A stretch of 64,000 bases of DNA from Steroidobacteraceae bacterium (GTDB lineage: Bacteria; Pseudomonadota; Gammaproteobacteria; Steroidobacterales; Steroidobacteraceae): the NCBI GenBank assembly GCA_035278165.1, contig DATEJG010000126.1:518-64517 (forward strand), given 5' to 3'. Below are positions 8,709 through 22,524 of the stretch, piece by piece (position 1 is the stretch's first letter; each line of letters opens with the position of its first letter). Below the pieces are notes generated by a model, which had not been told where the DNA came from, did no database searches, and saw nothing but the letters and a program-made list of their open reading frames with translations. The translations under genes were made by a program, and so were the position numbers.

Positions 8709-9989
8709 TCATCGCTGATAGATGTCGCTGCGCGTCCAGGGAATCTGGTTGTTGCGACCCGGCGCGAACACCACCTGGAACAGCTGCAGCTCGCCGGTCG
8801 TGAACGCGGCCTGCGAGCCGAGCAGGTACAGGCGCCACATGCGCACGAAGCGCTCGTCGAACATCTTCGTCACCCGATCCACGGCGCTCTCGTACAGGCC
8901 ATGCCACCACTCGAGCGTCTTCGCGTAATGCAGCCGGATGTTCTCGACGTCCAGCACCGAGAAGTTGCAGCCCTCGAAGATGTCCATCATCTCCCGCAGC
9001 GAGGGCGGCTGCGCGCCGGGGAAGATGCGCCGGTCGATCCAGCGGTGCATCTGCTTGGCGCGGTTACGGCCGATCGAGTGAATCAGGCCGAGGCCGGTCT
9101 GCTTGAGCGAGCCCAGCACGACGCGCCCGAGCTCCGGATAGTGCTCGACGCCGACGTGCTCCAGCATGCCGACCGAGACGAACTTGTCGTACTGGCCGCT
9201 GATGTTGCGATAATCGTCCTCGACGAACTCGACCTCGTTGCTCAGGCCCTGCTCCCTGGCGCGCTCGCGCGCATACGCGATCTGCTCGCGCGAAATGTTG
9301 AACGCACGCACCTTCACGCCGTAATGGCGCGCCATGTGCAGCGCCAGCGCGCCCCAGCCGCAACCCGCTTCGACCACGCGCTCGCCGCGATTCAGCCGCA
9401 CCTTGCGCGACACGTGATCCATCTTCGCGATCTGCGCCTGGTCGAGCGTCGCCGACGGCGTCGGGAAGTAGGCGCACGTGTACGCCATCGTCCGGCCGAG
9501 CCACAGCGAGTAGAACTCGTTGCCGATGTCGTAGTGATGGTGAATGTTCTCGCGCGAGCCGGTCAGCGTGTTGCGCGCTCGCCGATGGCGCCATTGAGCC
9601 AGGCGGCGGCGCAACGAGATCGGCGTGTCGGCCTGCGCTGCACCGAGATACAGCTCCTCGATCATGCGCAGGATGCTGCCTTCGACGTCGATCTTGCCGG
9701 CGCTGTACAGCTCGCCGAACTGCAGGTCCGGGTCCGTGCACAGGCGCAGCAGGGTGCGGCGGTCGCCGATGTGCAGCGTCGCGACGGGCGCCGAGCCGAG
9801 CGGCGCGATCCGCTCGCCGTTCCACAGCGCGAAGGCGATCGGCGGGTTGCCGAAGGCATGCAGCAGCGTGCGGATCAGCCGCGTTTCCAGCGAGTAGCGC
9901 GCGTCGTCGGCCACCGCAGGCTGCGGCTCGTACGTGGGCTCACGTATGGGCGGAGCCGGCGTCGGTCGACCTTCATTCGCCGTCTGCAC
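8709..9989 (-). CDS. Cyclopropane-fatty-acyl-phospholipid synthase family SAM methyltransferase
   Basis: NIHHHYDIGNEFY, MAYTCAYF, EAGCGWG, SVGMLEHVG, IFPG, HYAKTL. Confidence 0.9.
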   Translation of the reverse strand: MQTANEGRPTPAPPIREPTYEPQPAVADDARYSLETRLIRTLLHAFGNPPIAFALWNGERIAPLGSAPVATLHIGDRRTLLRLCTDPDLQFGELYSAGKIDVEGSILRMIEELYLGAAQADTPISLRRRLAQWRHRRARNTLTGSRENIHHHYDIGNEFYSLWLGRTMAYTCAYFPTPSATLDQAQIAKMDHVSRKVRLNRGERVVEAGCGWGALALHMARHYGVKVRAFNISREQIAYARERAREQGLSNEVEFVEDDYRNISGQYDKFVSVGMLEHVGVEHYPELGRVVLGSLKQTGLGLIHSIGRNRAKQMHRWIDRRIFPGAQPPSLREMMDIFEGCNFSVLDVENIRLHYAKTLEWWHGLYESAVDRVTKMFDERFVRMWRLYLLGSQAAFTTGELQLFQVVFAPGRNNQIPWTRSDIYQR

Positions 9990-10101
9990 GGGTCTGCTCC
10001 CCTTGAAGCTGCGAAAGCGCTCGATTGTAGGGGTTGTACCGGCCGGGCGGAATATCGATCATCATCGTCGGTAACGTCCTGCTCTCCATAAAGGTCCTGG
10101 C

Positions 10102-11451
10102 ATGTATACCCGCCTCGCTGCCTGCTGCCTGGCGCTCGTCGCGCTGCCCGCCACTGCCCAGACGGGCGGAATCACCAGCGCCCGGCTCGACGCCGCCGCC
10201 AAGGCGATCGAGCCGAAGACCATCGAATGGCGTCGCGACTTGCACTCGCATCCGGAGCTCAGCAATCGCGAAACGCGCACGGCAGAACAAATTGCAAAGC
10301 GGCTGCGCGCGCTCGGCCTCGAAGTGAAGACCGGCATCGGCCCGACCGGCGTGGTCGGCCTGCTGCGCGGCGCACAGCCCGGGCGGACGGTCGGCCTGCG
10401 CGCCGACATGGACGCGCTGCCGGTGACCGAGCAGACGGACGTGCCGTTCAAGTCGAAAGCCACGGCGCAGTTTCGCGGCGAGACCGTCGGCGTGATGCAC
10501 GCATGCGGCCATGACTCGCACGTGGCCATCCTGCTCGGCGTGGCCGAAGTGCTCGCGGGCATGCGGCAGCAGCTCGCCGGGCAAGTGCTGTTCGTGTTTC
10601 AGCCGGCGGAGGAAGGTCCGCCCGAAGGCGAGCGCGGCGGCGCCGAGCTGATGCTGGAACAGGGCGCGTTCGCCATGGCCAGGCCGGACGTGATGTATGG
10701 CTTGCACGTGATGGCGTCGCTCCCCACGGGCGTGATCGGCTATCGCGCCGGTCCGCTGATGGCAGGCGCGGACAGCTTCACGATCGTCGTCAAGGGCCGC
10801 CAGACGCACGGCTCCCGGCCGTGGGCCGGCGTGGATCCGGTCGTCACCGCCGGACAGATCCTGGTCGGCTTGCAGACCATCGTCAGCCGGCAGCTGGACA
10901 TCACCGCGCTGCCGGCCGTCGTGACGGTCGGCGCGATCAAGGGCGGCATCCGCTTCAACATCATTCCGGACCAGGTGGAGATGGTGGGCACGGTGCGCAC
11001 GTTCAGCACCGACATGCGCAACGACATCGTGCGCCGGATGCAGGCAACTGCGAGCGGCATCGCGCAGGCGAACGGTGCGACCGCGACGGTGCGCTTCAAG
11101 GATCTCTCGAAGCCGCAATCCGCGGACGAAGTCACCGTGCCGACCGTGATCAACGATGCCGCCGTCACTGCCGCGGCACTGCCCGTGTTCGAAAGGCTGG
11201 TCGGCAAGGACAATGTGCGCGAGATCGGTCTGCAGACCACCGCGGACGACTTCGCTGTCTTTGCCCAGCAGGTGCCGGCGCTGTACTTCTGGATCGGCAT
11301 CACGCCGCCGGACCGCGACCCGCAGACGGCTGCGTTCAACCACTCGCCGCTGTTCTATCTCGACGAGGCCGGCATGAATACCGGCGTGCGCGCATTGCTG
11401 GCACTCACGACAGAATATCTGGCCAACCCACCCAACCGAGGAACGAAATGA
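10102..11451 (+). CDS. Exported M20 family amidohydrolase/peptidase
   Basis: Signal peptide; WRRDLHSHPELS, LRADMDALP, MHACGHDSH, FQPAEEG, HSPLF. Confidence 0.9.
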   Translation: MYTRLAACCLALVALPATAQTGGITSARLDAAAKAIEPKTIEWRRDLHSHPELSNRETRTAEQIAKRLRALGLEVKTGIGPTGVVGLLRGAQPGRTVGLRADMDALPVTEQTDVPFKSKATAQFRGETVGVMHACGHDSHVAILLGVAEVLAGMRQQLAGQVLFVFQPAEEGPPEGERGGAELMLEQGAFAMARPDVMYGLHVMASLPTGVIGYRAGPLMAGADSFTIVVKGRQTHGSRPWAGVDPVVTAGQILVGLQTIVSRQLDITALPAVVTVGAIKGGIRFNIIPDQVEMVGTVRTFSTDMRNDIVRRMQATASGIAQANGATATVRFKDLSKPQSADEVTVPTVINDAAVTAAALPVFERLVGKDNVREIGLQTTADDFAVFAQQVPALYFWIGITPPDRDPQTAAFNHSPLFYLDEAGMNTGVRALLALTTEYLANPPNRGTK

Positions 11452-12785
11452 GCTCGACAAGAACAATCCTCTGCGCAGCCGCGCTGACACTGCTTGCCGG
11501 TGTCCCCGCTGGCGCGCAGACCGCGCAGCCGGCCGTCTACATTCACGCCGGCGCGCTGCTCGACCGCCCGGGCCAGGCGCCGCGCGGCGCTTCGACGATC
11601 ATCGTGCGCGAAGGTCGCGTGGAGGCCGTGCGCGAAGGCCTGGTCGCGCCGGAAGGCGGCGCGCGGCTGGTGGATCTCAGCAAGCAGTTCGTGCTGCCGG
11701 GCCTGATCGACCTGCACGTCCACATGTTCAACGACGACGACAAGATGCGCGCGCGGCTGGAGCAGAACAATCGCGACATCGAAGACAACCTGCTGATCGG
11801 TGTCGACAACGTGCGGCGCACGCTCGAAGCGGGCTTCACGACCGTGCGCGATCTCGGTTCCGAGATACGCAGCGTCACCGCGCTGCGCGACGCCATCAAC
11901 GCCGGCGCGGTGCCGGGGCCCACGATCCTGGCCGCGGGCCGCGCAATCTCGATCACCGGCGGTCACGGCGACGGCTCGAACAACGCCAATCGCGACATCA
12001 CCGAGATCGTGCGGGCACGCGCCACCAACAACTGCAATGGTGCCGACGATTGCCGTCGCGCGGTGCGCGAGCAGATCTCGCAAGGCGCCGACGTGATCAA
12101 GTTCGCGGCGACCGGCGGCGTGAACAGCAACATCGCCGGCGGCCTCAACCAGCAGATGTTCGCGGACGAGATGAAAGCCATCATCGACACCGCGCACATG
12201 TTCGGTCGCAAAGTCGCCGCGCACGCGCATGGGCAGAACGGCATCAAGACTGCGCTCGAATCAGGAGTCGACACCATCGAGCACGGCACGTACACCGACG
12301 CACAGACCAACGCGCTGTTCAAGAAGAACGGCGCGTGGCTCGTCCCGACGATGATCGCGCCGCACGCCGCGCTCGCGCAGGCGAAGGCCGGTGCGCGGTC
12401 GAAGGCAACCCTGGCGAAAGCGGAGGAAGCTGCCGCTGCCCACGCGAAGAACATCGGCGCTGCGATCCGCGATGGAGTGAAGATCGCCTTCGGCACCGAC
12501 ACCGGCGTTTCGGATCACGGCAAGAACGCGCAGGAGTTCGCGTTGCTGGTGAAAGCAGGAATGACGCCGGCGGCAGCAATTCGTGCAGCCACGCTCGACG
12601 CCGCGACGGTGCTCGACCGCGCCGATCGTCTCGGCACGATCGAGGCCGGCAAGGACGCCGACATCATCGCGGTCGCGACCAGCCCGCTGAACGATGTGAC
12701 GGAGCTGGAGCGCGTGCAGTTCGTGATGCGCAAAGGTGTCGTGCACAAGCTCGACGGCGCGCGACAGGCTTTTCCGCCGCAATGA
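11448..12785 (+). CDS. Exported metal-dependent amidohydrolase (Xaa-Pro dipeptidase-like)
   Basis: Signal peptide; PGLIDLHVH, AGFTTVRD, AAHAHG, IEHG, FGTD, GKDADIIAV; ATGA overlap with the upstream gene. Confidence 0.88.
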   Translation: MSSTRTILCAAALTLLAGVPAGAQTAQPAVYIHAGALLDRPGQAPRGASTIIVREGRVEAVREGLVAPEGGARLVDLSKQFVLPGLIDLHVHMFNDDDKMRARLEQNNRDIEDNLLIGVDNVRRTLEAGFTTVRDLGSEIRSVTALRDAINAGAVPGPTILAAGRAISITGGHGDGSNNANRDITEIVRARATNNCNGADDCRRAVREQISQGADVIKFAATGGVNSNIAGGLNQQMFADEMKAIIDTAHMFGRKVAAHAHGQNGIKTALESGVDTIEHGTYTDAQTNALFKKNGAWLVPTMIAPHAALAQAKAGARSKATLAKAEEAAAAHAKNIGAAIRDGVKIAFGTDTGVSDHGKNAQEFALLVKAGMTPAAAIRAATLDAATVLDRADRLGTIEAGKDADIIAVATSPLNDVTELERVQFVMRKGVVHKLDGARQAFPPQ

Positions 12786-12788
12786 AGA

Positions 12789-12803
12789 GTCAGGCTGAAG
12801 CCC
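12789..12803. repeat. Degenerate REP-like copy GTCAGGCTGAAGCCC
   Basis: Matches the first 14 nt of the GTCAGGCTGAAGCCTGAC family; lies just after a stop codon. Confidence 0.45.
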
Positions 12804-12896
12804 AAATGCGACCTGCGTCACAGCCGCAGGCGAAAGTTTCCGCGCACCCTGCCGCTGTTGCATAACAGGGCGAAACAGCCCGTTCATGGCAGGACA

Positions 12897-16724
<3,828 letters not shown>

Positions 16725-16726
16725 CA

Positions 16727-16750
16727 GTCAGGCTGAAGCCTGACTCCTAC
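16727..16750 (-). repeat. REP-like palindrome GTAG-GA-GTCAGGC-TTCA-GCCTGAC
   Basis: Perfect 7-bp stem at 16727-16744 between convergent genes; GTAG contains the yggX TAG stop. Confidence 0.75.
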
Positions 16751-17019
16751 TTCTCCGGCTCCACATATTCCTGCGGCCGCTGCGAGCCGCCGCCGAAGAA
16801 GAACTTCTCCATCTCCTCGACCAGGAACTTGCGCGCCTTCGGGTCGATGGGCGTCAGCCGGTACTCGTTCAGCAGCATCGTCTGGTGTTTCAGCCAGCGC
16901 TGCCAAGCTTCCTTGGAGACGTTCTCGTAGATGCGCTGCCCGAGCGCGCCGGGGTACGGCGCGTAGTCCAGCCCTTCCGCCTCGACGCCGAGCAGCACGC
17001 ATTTCACTGTTCTTGCCAT
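16747..17019 (-). CDS. yggX: Oxidative damage protection / Fe(II)-trafficking protein YggX
   Basis: [46 protein letters not shown]. Confidence 0.95.
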   Translation of the reverse strand: MARTVKCVLLGVEAEGLDYAPYPGALGQRIYENVSKEAWQRWLKHQTMLLNEYRLTPIDPKARKFLVEEMEKFFFGGGSQRPQEYVEPEK

Positions 17020-17027
17020 GCCGCCAT

Positions 17028-17435
17028 TCAATCCTTGCGCCACACGATGCGCAAGCGGGCGGTTGCCGTCGCGACGAGCAGGCCATCTTCGTCGCGCAGC
17101 TCGCCGGTGGTCTCCGCGGTACGCGCATCGCGGGACACGAGCCGGCTGGTCGCCGTGAACATGCCGGGCTTGGCGGGCTCGAGAAACGACACGTTCAGAT
17201 TCGCGGTCACCGCGGTCGTTTCCGCGGGCAAGACTGCGTACAGCGCGAGCGCAGTCACCGAGTCGAGCATCGCGCACAACAGGCCGCCCTGCACCGTGCC
17301 ATGACGATTCAGGAACTCCGGCCGCGCGCGGAAGCGCAGCACAGCCCCGCCGTTCGCCTGGTCGATTTCGACGACCTCGCGGCCGAGCATCTGCGCGGCC
17401 GGCGGCACGTACGCGAGGATCTCGTCCTTGGTCAT
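17028..17435 (-). CDS. PaaI family hotdog thioesterase
   Basis: [31 protein letters not shown]; ATGA overlap with the upstream gene. Confidence 0.85.
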   Translation of the reverse strand: MTKDEILAYVPPAAQMLGREVVEIDQANGGAVLRFRARPEFLNRHGTVQGGLLCAMLDSVTALALYAVLPAETTAVTANLNVSFLEPAKPGMFTATSRLVSRDARTAETTGELRDEDGLLVATATARLRIVWRKD

Positions 17436-18073
17436 CGCACCGGCGCCCTGCTCCGCCGCAGCCATGACTCCACGACCAGCCAGTTCGGCACCCACGAAAT
17501 CCATGCGACCAGCGTGTAGGCGAGCGGGAACGCCACGCCGCTGATGATCAGCAGCGGCAGCTCGATGCGCAGCGTCGCGGCGGCGAACGTCAGCGCATAG
17601 TTGCGCAGAATCCAGCGACGGTGCACCTGCACCTGGCCGGCACGGATGGCGAAGTACGCACGCGCGCCGCTGTACAGCCAGAACAGCGCGAGCGTCGTGA
17701 ACCCGGCGCTGCCAACGATGCCCGCAGTGCTTTGCGGTGCGAAGTACAAACCACCCAGCCCGCCTGCGAGCACCGCGAGCAGATACACGCGCCCCATCCA
17801 CACGTGCACCCGAGGCCATGTCGTGCGCAGCTTCGCGATCACCTGGAACGGGCCGATCAGGATCGCGACCGCGCCGCCCATCGTGTGCGCCCAGCCGGCC
17901 AGCGCAGTGCCGAAGAAGTGTTCCTTGATGTGCGGATTGCCGAAGCCCTTCACGACCATGAAGATCACCGCATTGCCGGCCGCGAACACGCCGCCGAGCA
18001 GCAGCAGCGTCCAGCCGATGCGTTTCCAGAGCCTGTTCGCCGTCGGAACGGCCAGCGCAGTGGTGACGCTCAT
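17432..18073 (-). CDS. DUF2306-like membrane protein
   Basis: [52 protein letters not shown]. Confidence 0.8.
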   Translation of the reverse strand: MSVTTALAVPTANRLWKRIGWTLLLLGGVFAAGNAVIFMVVKGFGNPHIKEHFFGTALAGWAHTMGGAVAILIGPFQVIAKLRTTWPRVHVWMGRVYLLAVLAGGLGGLYFAPQSTAGIVGSAGFTTLALFWLYSGARAYFAIRAGQVQVHRRWILRNYALTFAAATLRIELPLLIISGVAFPLAYTLVAWISWVPNWLVVESWLRRSRAPVR

Positions 18074-19134
18074 AGCAGAGCACTCTGACGCGGCAAGCGC
18101 GCGGAGGGTTGCCCGGCGAGCGAACGGATCAGCTCGACCGCCGGTTTCGCAAGGCCGATTCGCGCGGGCTGTTGCGGCTCGTACCAGCGATAGCGGTCGT
18201 CGTCAGAAACGGCAGATGCCGGCGTCGCGTGTACGAGCAGCGGATGGAGCGTGAGATCGAAGTGCGTGAACGCGTGCGCGTAGGGCGGCAAGTCGACAGC
18301 ACCCTCCTCTTTCCCGATCCACGACTGCGCGGCTGCGCGCTCGTCGAACTGCGGCAGCGTCCACAGTCCGCCCCAGATGCCTGCTGGCGGGCGGCGCTCG
18401 AGCAGCACCGCGCCGTCATCGCGCACCAGCAGAACGACATAGGCCGATCGCTGCGGACGAGCCTTCTTCGGGCGCGGCGCCGGCAGCGCAGACTGCCGTC
18501 CTTCGATGCGGGCAACGCAGGGCTCGGCCAGCGGACAAGCGGCGCACAGCGGACGCGATCGCACGCACAGTGTCGCGCCGAGATCCATGATCGCCTGCGT
18601 GTAGTGCGCAACGCGCTCGGCCGGGGTGCATTCGTCAGCACGCTCCCAGAGCACTTTCTCGACTTCGCGCTCGCCGGGAAATCCCTCGATGCCGAAGTAG
18701 CGCGCGAGCACGCGTTTCACGTTGCCGTCGAGAATCGGGTGCCGCTGCGAGCGCGACAACGCGAGGATCGCGCCGGCGGTCGAGCGCCCGATGCCAGGCA
18801 GAGCCTGCACTGACTCGATCGTCTGCGGAAACTCACCCGCGTATTCCGCGACGATGATCTGCGCCGCGCGATGCAGATTGCGCGCACGCGCGTAGTAGCC
18901 CAGCCCGGTCCACAGGTGCAGCACTTCGTCGCCCGGCGCGGCCGCGAGTGCGCGAACGTCAGGAAACCGCTGCATGAACCGCTCGTAATAGCCGATGACG
19001 GTCGCGACCTGCGTCTGCTGCAGCATGATCTCCGACACCCACACGCGATACGGCGTCGGATCGTGCTGCCACGGCAGGTTCTTGCGCCCGGCGCGGTCGA
19101 ACCACGCCAGCAGCGGAGTCGCTACCGAAGTCAT
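18070..19134 (-). CDS. mutY: A/G-specific adenine glycosylase MutY
   Basis: [61 protein letters not shown] 4Fe-4S motif. Confidence 0.96.
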   Translation of the reverse strand: MTSVATPLLAWFDRAGRKNLPWQHDPTPYRVWVSEIMLQQTQVATVIGYYERFMQRFPDVRALAAAPGDEVLHLWTGLGYYARARNLHRAAQIIVAEYAGEFPQTIESVQALPGIGRSTAGAILALSRSQRHPILDGNVKRVLARYFGIEGFPGEREVEKVLWERADECTPAERVAHYTQAIMDLGATLCVRSRPLCAACPLAEPCVARIEGRQSALPAPRPKKARPQRSAYVVLLVRDDGAVLLERRPPAGIWGGLWTLPQFDERAAAQSWIGKEEGAVDLPPYAHAFTHFDLTLHPLLVHATPASAVSDDDRYRWYEPQQPARIGLAKPAVELIRSLAGQPSARLPRQSALL

Positions 19135-19910
19135 TCCCGGCACACGTGCACGCGCGTCTGGCTGAAATCGTTCACGAACGACGGCGCCAGCTCGACCATG
19201 CGGCGCGCCGTGCGCGTCAAATGCGCCTGGTCGTAGAAGCCCGTGCGCTGCGCGATCTCGGCGATCGTGCTGCGGCCGTCGACCAGCTCGAGCGCGAACA
19301 TCAGCCGGCGCCACAGCACGTATTCGCGGATGCGCACGCCCAGCTCCGCCTTGAACCGCCGCATCAGCGTGTAGCCGGACAGGCCGACGCGGCGACCCAG
19401 CTCATCCGGCGTCGGCGTATCCGTGATCTCGCCACGCAGGATTTGCAACACCTCTTCGATGCGCGCGTCCAGCTCGTGAGGCGGCGCGTCGATGCCGCCG
19501 AACGCCTGCAGGATCGTGTGCGCAGCGCGCTGCGCCTCGCGGCAATCGCACGTGCCCTCGAACAGCGCGTCCCACGGGATCGACCGGCCGGCGAGCGCCG
19601 TGAAATCGAGCTTGACGATCGGCTGATCGCTCAACAGCGGCTTGATGTAGCAGAACCAGGGATGATCCGGGCCGATCAGCACCGTGACCGCGCGGCCGTT
19701 GCGGGCGTCGATGCGGTGCCACGCGTTCGGCGCGACGACTGCAGCCTGGCAGACCACCGGCCCGGCATCGCGCGACATAAGCGTGACGGGCGCATCGGGC
19801 GCGATCGTGACGATCGCCCCGAAATGACGGTGGCTGGAATTCTCGCGGCCCGGACCCGCGGAAATGACCAGCCGATCGCATGCATAGATTTGAATCTGCG
19901 CCAGTTTCAT
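19131..19910 (-). CDS. AraC family transcriptional regulator
   Basis: HRHF cupin-like N-terminus; [22 protein letters not shown]; [18 protein letters not shown]. Confidence 0.88.
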   Translation of the reverse strand: MKLAQIQIYACDRLVISAGPGRENSSHRHFGAIVTIAPDAPVTLMSRDAGPVVCQAAVVAPNAWHRIDARNGRAVTVLIGPDHPWFCYIKPLLSDQPIVKLDFTALAGRSIPWDALFEGTCDCREAQRAAHTILQAFGGIDAPPHELDARIEEVLQILRGEITDTPTPDELGRRVGLSGYTLMRRFKAELGVRIREYVLWRRLMFALELVDGRSTIAEIAQRTGFYDQAHLTRTARRMVELAPSFVNDFSQTRVHVCRE

Positions 19911-20046
19911 ACAAGCAACGGCAATGCCGGATTGCGCACAATGCACGCGCTTCGCATAGCCGGTCTCCGGTCACGCAACCCGGGGGCAACGAGCGGCGTC
20001 CAAGTGCAGGCGTAGTTTACGGGCTTTCCACATTGGGGAGTTGAGT

Positions 20047-21783
20047 ATGCGTTCCGTACAGAGCATGGCGGCCGCCGTCGCGGCAGTGCTGTGGGCGACC
20101 GGCGCCTCGGCCACGGCTCCGATCGATCACGTCGACAACTTCGCCCTGCTCGACCAGGCGGGCAAATACCACGACCTCTACTACCTGTCGGACGCCAAAG
20201 CCGTCGTGCTGATGACGCACGACGACGAGTGCGCCGCCGTCAGCGAAGCGCTGCCCGCGCTGGAACGGGCCAAGGCGAGCTATGGCAGCCGCGGCGTCGA
20301 GTTCCTGATGATCAACGCGCAGGACGACCGCGCTGCAGTCGCCGCCAAGGTCCAGGGCTCGAGCATCCCGGTGCTGGTCGACGATACGCACCTGGTCAGC
20401 GAGTCGCTGCAGCTCGCGCACGCCGGCGAAGTGCTGGTGATCGATCCGAAGGGCTGGAAGATCGCGTACCGCGGTCCGCTCGACAAGGCCAAGGCAGGCA
20501 ACGCCCTGCTCACCGGCGCGCTCGACTCCGTGCTCGCCGGCCAGCCGGTGAAGAAGGCTCAGGTCGCCGCGCGCGGTTGCGCAGTCAAGCTCACGAAGGC
20601 GGAGAAGGCCGGTGTGAAGGTTTCGTACTCCGAGCAGATCGCGCCGCTGCTGATCGACAACTGCGTCACCTGTCACCGCACCGGCGGCATCGGCCCGTGG
20701 CAGATGTCCAGCTACGACACGATCAAGGGCTTCGCGCCGATGATCCGCGAAGTGGTGCGCACCAAGCGCATGCCGCCGTGGCATGCCGATCCGCACATCG
20801 GCGTGTGGGACGGCGATCGCTCGCTGTCGACCGCAGAGAAGCAGACGCTGGTGCACTGGATCGAAGCCGGCGCGCCGCGCGGCAAAGGTCCGGATCCGCT
20901 CGCCGACCTGCACAAGACCTGGAGCGAGTGGGCGTTCGGCAAGCCGGACATGGTCATCGAAGTGCCGGCGTACGACGTGCCCGCCACCGGCATCGTCGAC
21001 TACCAGCGCTACGTGGTGAAGAACACGCTCGGCCGCGACGTGTGGGTGCGCGCGACCGACGTGATCCCCGGCGACCGCACCGTCGTGCATCACGTCATCG
21101 TGGGTGTCTACGACCCGAAGATCCCGGATGAGCGGATGCGCATGATCAAGGCGTCGAGCCCGTCGCTGGGCGCGTACGTGCCCGGCAACGGTCCGACGAT
21201 GTATCCGCAGGACACGGGCGTGCTGGTGCGCGCGGACCAGTCGTTCGCGTTCCAGATGCACTACACGACCTCGGGCAAGACGGCGCACGACGTGACGCGC
21301 TTCGGCCTGTACTTCCGCGATAGCGCGCCGACCTACGAGTTCAAGACCGTCGCGCTGGCGAATCCGAACCTGAAGATTCCGCCGAACACCAAGGAGCACG
21401 CCGAGACGATCACGCAGCAGTTCCCGCGCGACATCATCATCTACCGGCTCACGCCGCACGCGCATTATCGCGGCCGCGCTTCCGAGTTCGTCGCGATCTA
21501 CCCGGACGGCAACGAGGAAACGCTGCTGTCCGTGCCGAAGTACGACTTCAACTGGCAGACCACCTACACGCTGCATACGCCGAAGCAGGTGCCGGCGGGC
21601 ACGAAGATCGTGCACACGACGATCTACGACAACTCCTCGCAGAACCCGGCAAACCCGGATCCGAACCGCACCGTGCCGTGGGGCGAGCAGTCGTTCGACG
21701 AGATGCTGTACGGCGTCGTGCAGTTCCGCGAGCTGACGCCGGTGGGTGCGCCGGCGCAGGTATCGTCGAACGCGGGGAAGTGA
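20047..21783 (+). CDS. Exported redoxin + c-type cytochrome + copper type II (PHM/DBM-like) monooxygenase fusion protein
   Basis: Signal peptide; redoxin-like N-terminus (DNFALLDQAG, VLVIDP..AYRGPLD, RGC); CVTCH and RMPPW; VHH, QMHY, PHAH, DEM; GGGGAG RBS. Confidence 0.8.
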   Translation: MRSVQSMAAAVAAVLWATGASATAPIDHVDNFALLDQAGKYHDLYYLSDAKAVVLMTHDDECAAVSEALPALERAKASYGSRGVEFLMINAQDDRAAVAAKVQGSSIPVLVDDTHLVSESLQLAHAGEVLVIDPKGWKIAYRGPLDKAKAGNALLTGALDSVLAGQPVKKAQVAARGCAVKLTKAEKAGVKVSYSEQIAPLLIDNCVTCHRTGGIGPWQMSSYDTIKGFAPMIREVVRTKRMPPWHADPHIGVWDGDRSLSTAEKQTLVHWIEAGAPRGKGPDPLADLHKTWSEWAFGKPDMVIEVPAYDVPATGIVDYQRYVVKNTLGRDVWVRATDVIPGDRTVVHHVIVGVYDPKIPDERMRMIKASSPSLGAYVPGNGPTMYPQDTGVLVRADQSFAFQMHYTTSGKTAHDVTRFGLYFRDSAPTYEFKTVALANPNLKIPPNTKEHAETITQQFPRDIIIYRLTPHAHYRGRASEFVAIYPDGNEETLLSVPKYDFNWQTTYTLHTPKQVPAGTKIVHTTIYDNSSQNPANPDPNRTVPWGEQSFDEMLYGVVQFRELTPVGAPAQVSSNAGK

Positions 21784-21790
21784 GCCCGGA

Positions 21791-21813
21791 GTCAGGCTGA
21801 AGGCCTGACCCAC
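21791..21813 (-). repeat. REP-like palindrome GTGG-GTCAGGC-CTTCA-GCCTGAC
   Basis: 7-bp stem at 21791-21809 between convergent genes. Confidence 0.7.
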
Positions 21814-21836
21814 ACAAACAGGTGGCCAGCAGACTC

Positions 21837-22427
21837 TCAGTTGCTGGCCGCTTTTTCTTGGCGATCCTTCGCCTCGATCTCGACGTTCATGAACAGGTCG
21901 CCGGTCGCATCCTCCAGTGTGCGCAGCATCCAGCGCCGGCCGAGCACCGAAGGCACCCAGAAGCCGGGCGTGATGCTGGTTCGATAGGTCACGAGCGTGC
22001 CGCCGCGCTCATCCGGCGCCAGCTGGGTGTGCGTTTCGCCGAACTTCACGTCGCTGCGGCTCGGGTCGGCCTTCGCCGCCAGCGCGAGCTGCGACTCTTC
22101 GACCCGCTCGACGCGGGTGACGTTGCGGCAGAAGAGCCCGCCGATGCACACGCGCAGCGTCGTTTCCAGCATCACGATGTTCGGCTCCGGCCGCTCCAGC
22201 ACGCGCGCCTGCAAAATATGCGTGTTCAGCGCCGGGTAGTGCTCGTAGTCGCGCAGGACCGCCTCGACCTTGTCGGGCGGCGCGTCGAGCCGGACGTTCA
22301 TCTCGCACTGATAGCGCCGGTCCGCGTAACGCGTTGCGCTGTGCTCGATCTCGAAGGCGCCGGCCGGTGCGGCCTGCAGCGCGGCGGTCAGCCCGGCGGC
22401 AGCGAAAATGAACCGTTGCATGGACAT
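21837..22427 (-). CDS. Exported SRPBCC/START-like protein
   Basis: Signal peptide (AAPAGA/FEIE); LDAPPDKVEAVLRDYEHYPAL; GTLVTY...PGFWVPSVLG helix-grip pattern. Confidence 0.6.
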   Translation of the reverse strand: MSMQRFIFAAAGLTAALQAAPAGAFEIEHSATRYADRRYQCEMNVRLDAPPDKVEAVLRDYEHYPALNTHILQARVLERPEPNIVMLETTLRVCIGGLFCRNVTRVERVEESQLALAAKADPSRSDVKFGETHTQLAPDERGGTLVTYRTSITPGFWVPSVLGRRWMLRTLEDATGDLFMNVEIEAKDRQEKAASN

Positions 22428-22487
22428 GGACAGGACTGGCGTCGAGCGAGGGGATTCTGCCGTACGTGCCTATCCAGACGCCGGGAG

Positions 22488-22521
22488 TTCAGCCAGGTTC
22501 CCTGGCTGAAGCCTGACCCAC
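22488..22521. repeat. Composite hairpin TTCAGCCAGG-TTC-CCTGGCTGAA overlapping a REP-like half (GGCTGAAGCCTGAC-CCAC)
   Basis: Perfect 10-bp stem immediately after the asmA stop; shares GCCTGACCCAC with the 21791 copy. Confidence 0.6.
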
Positions 22522-22524
22522 GGC

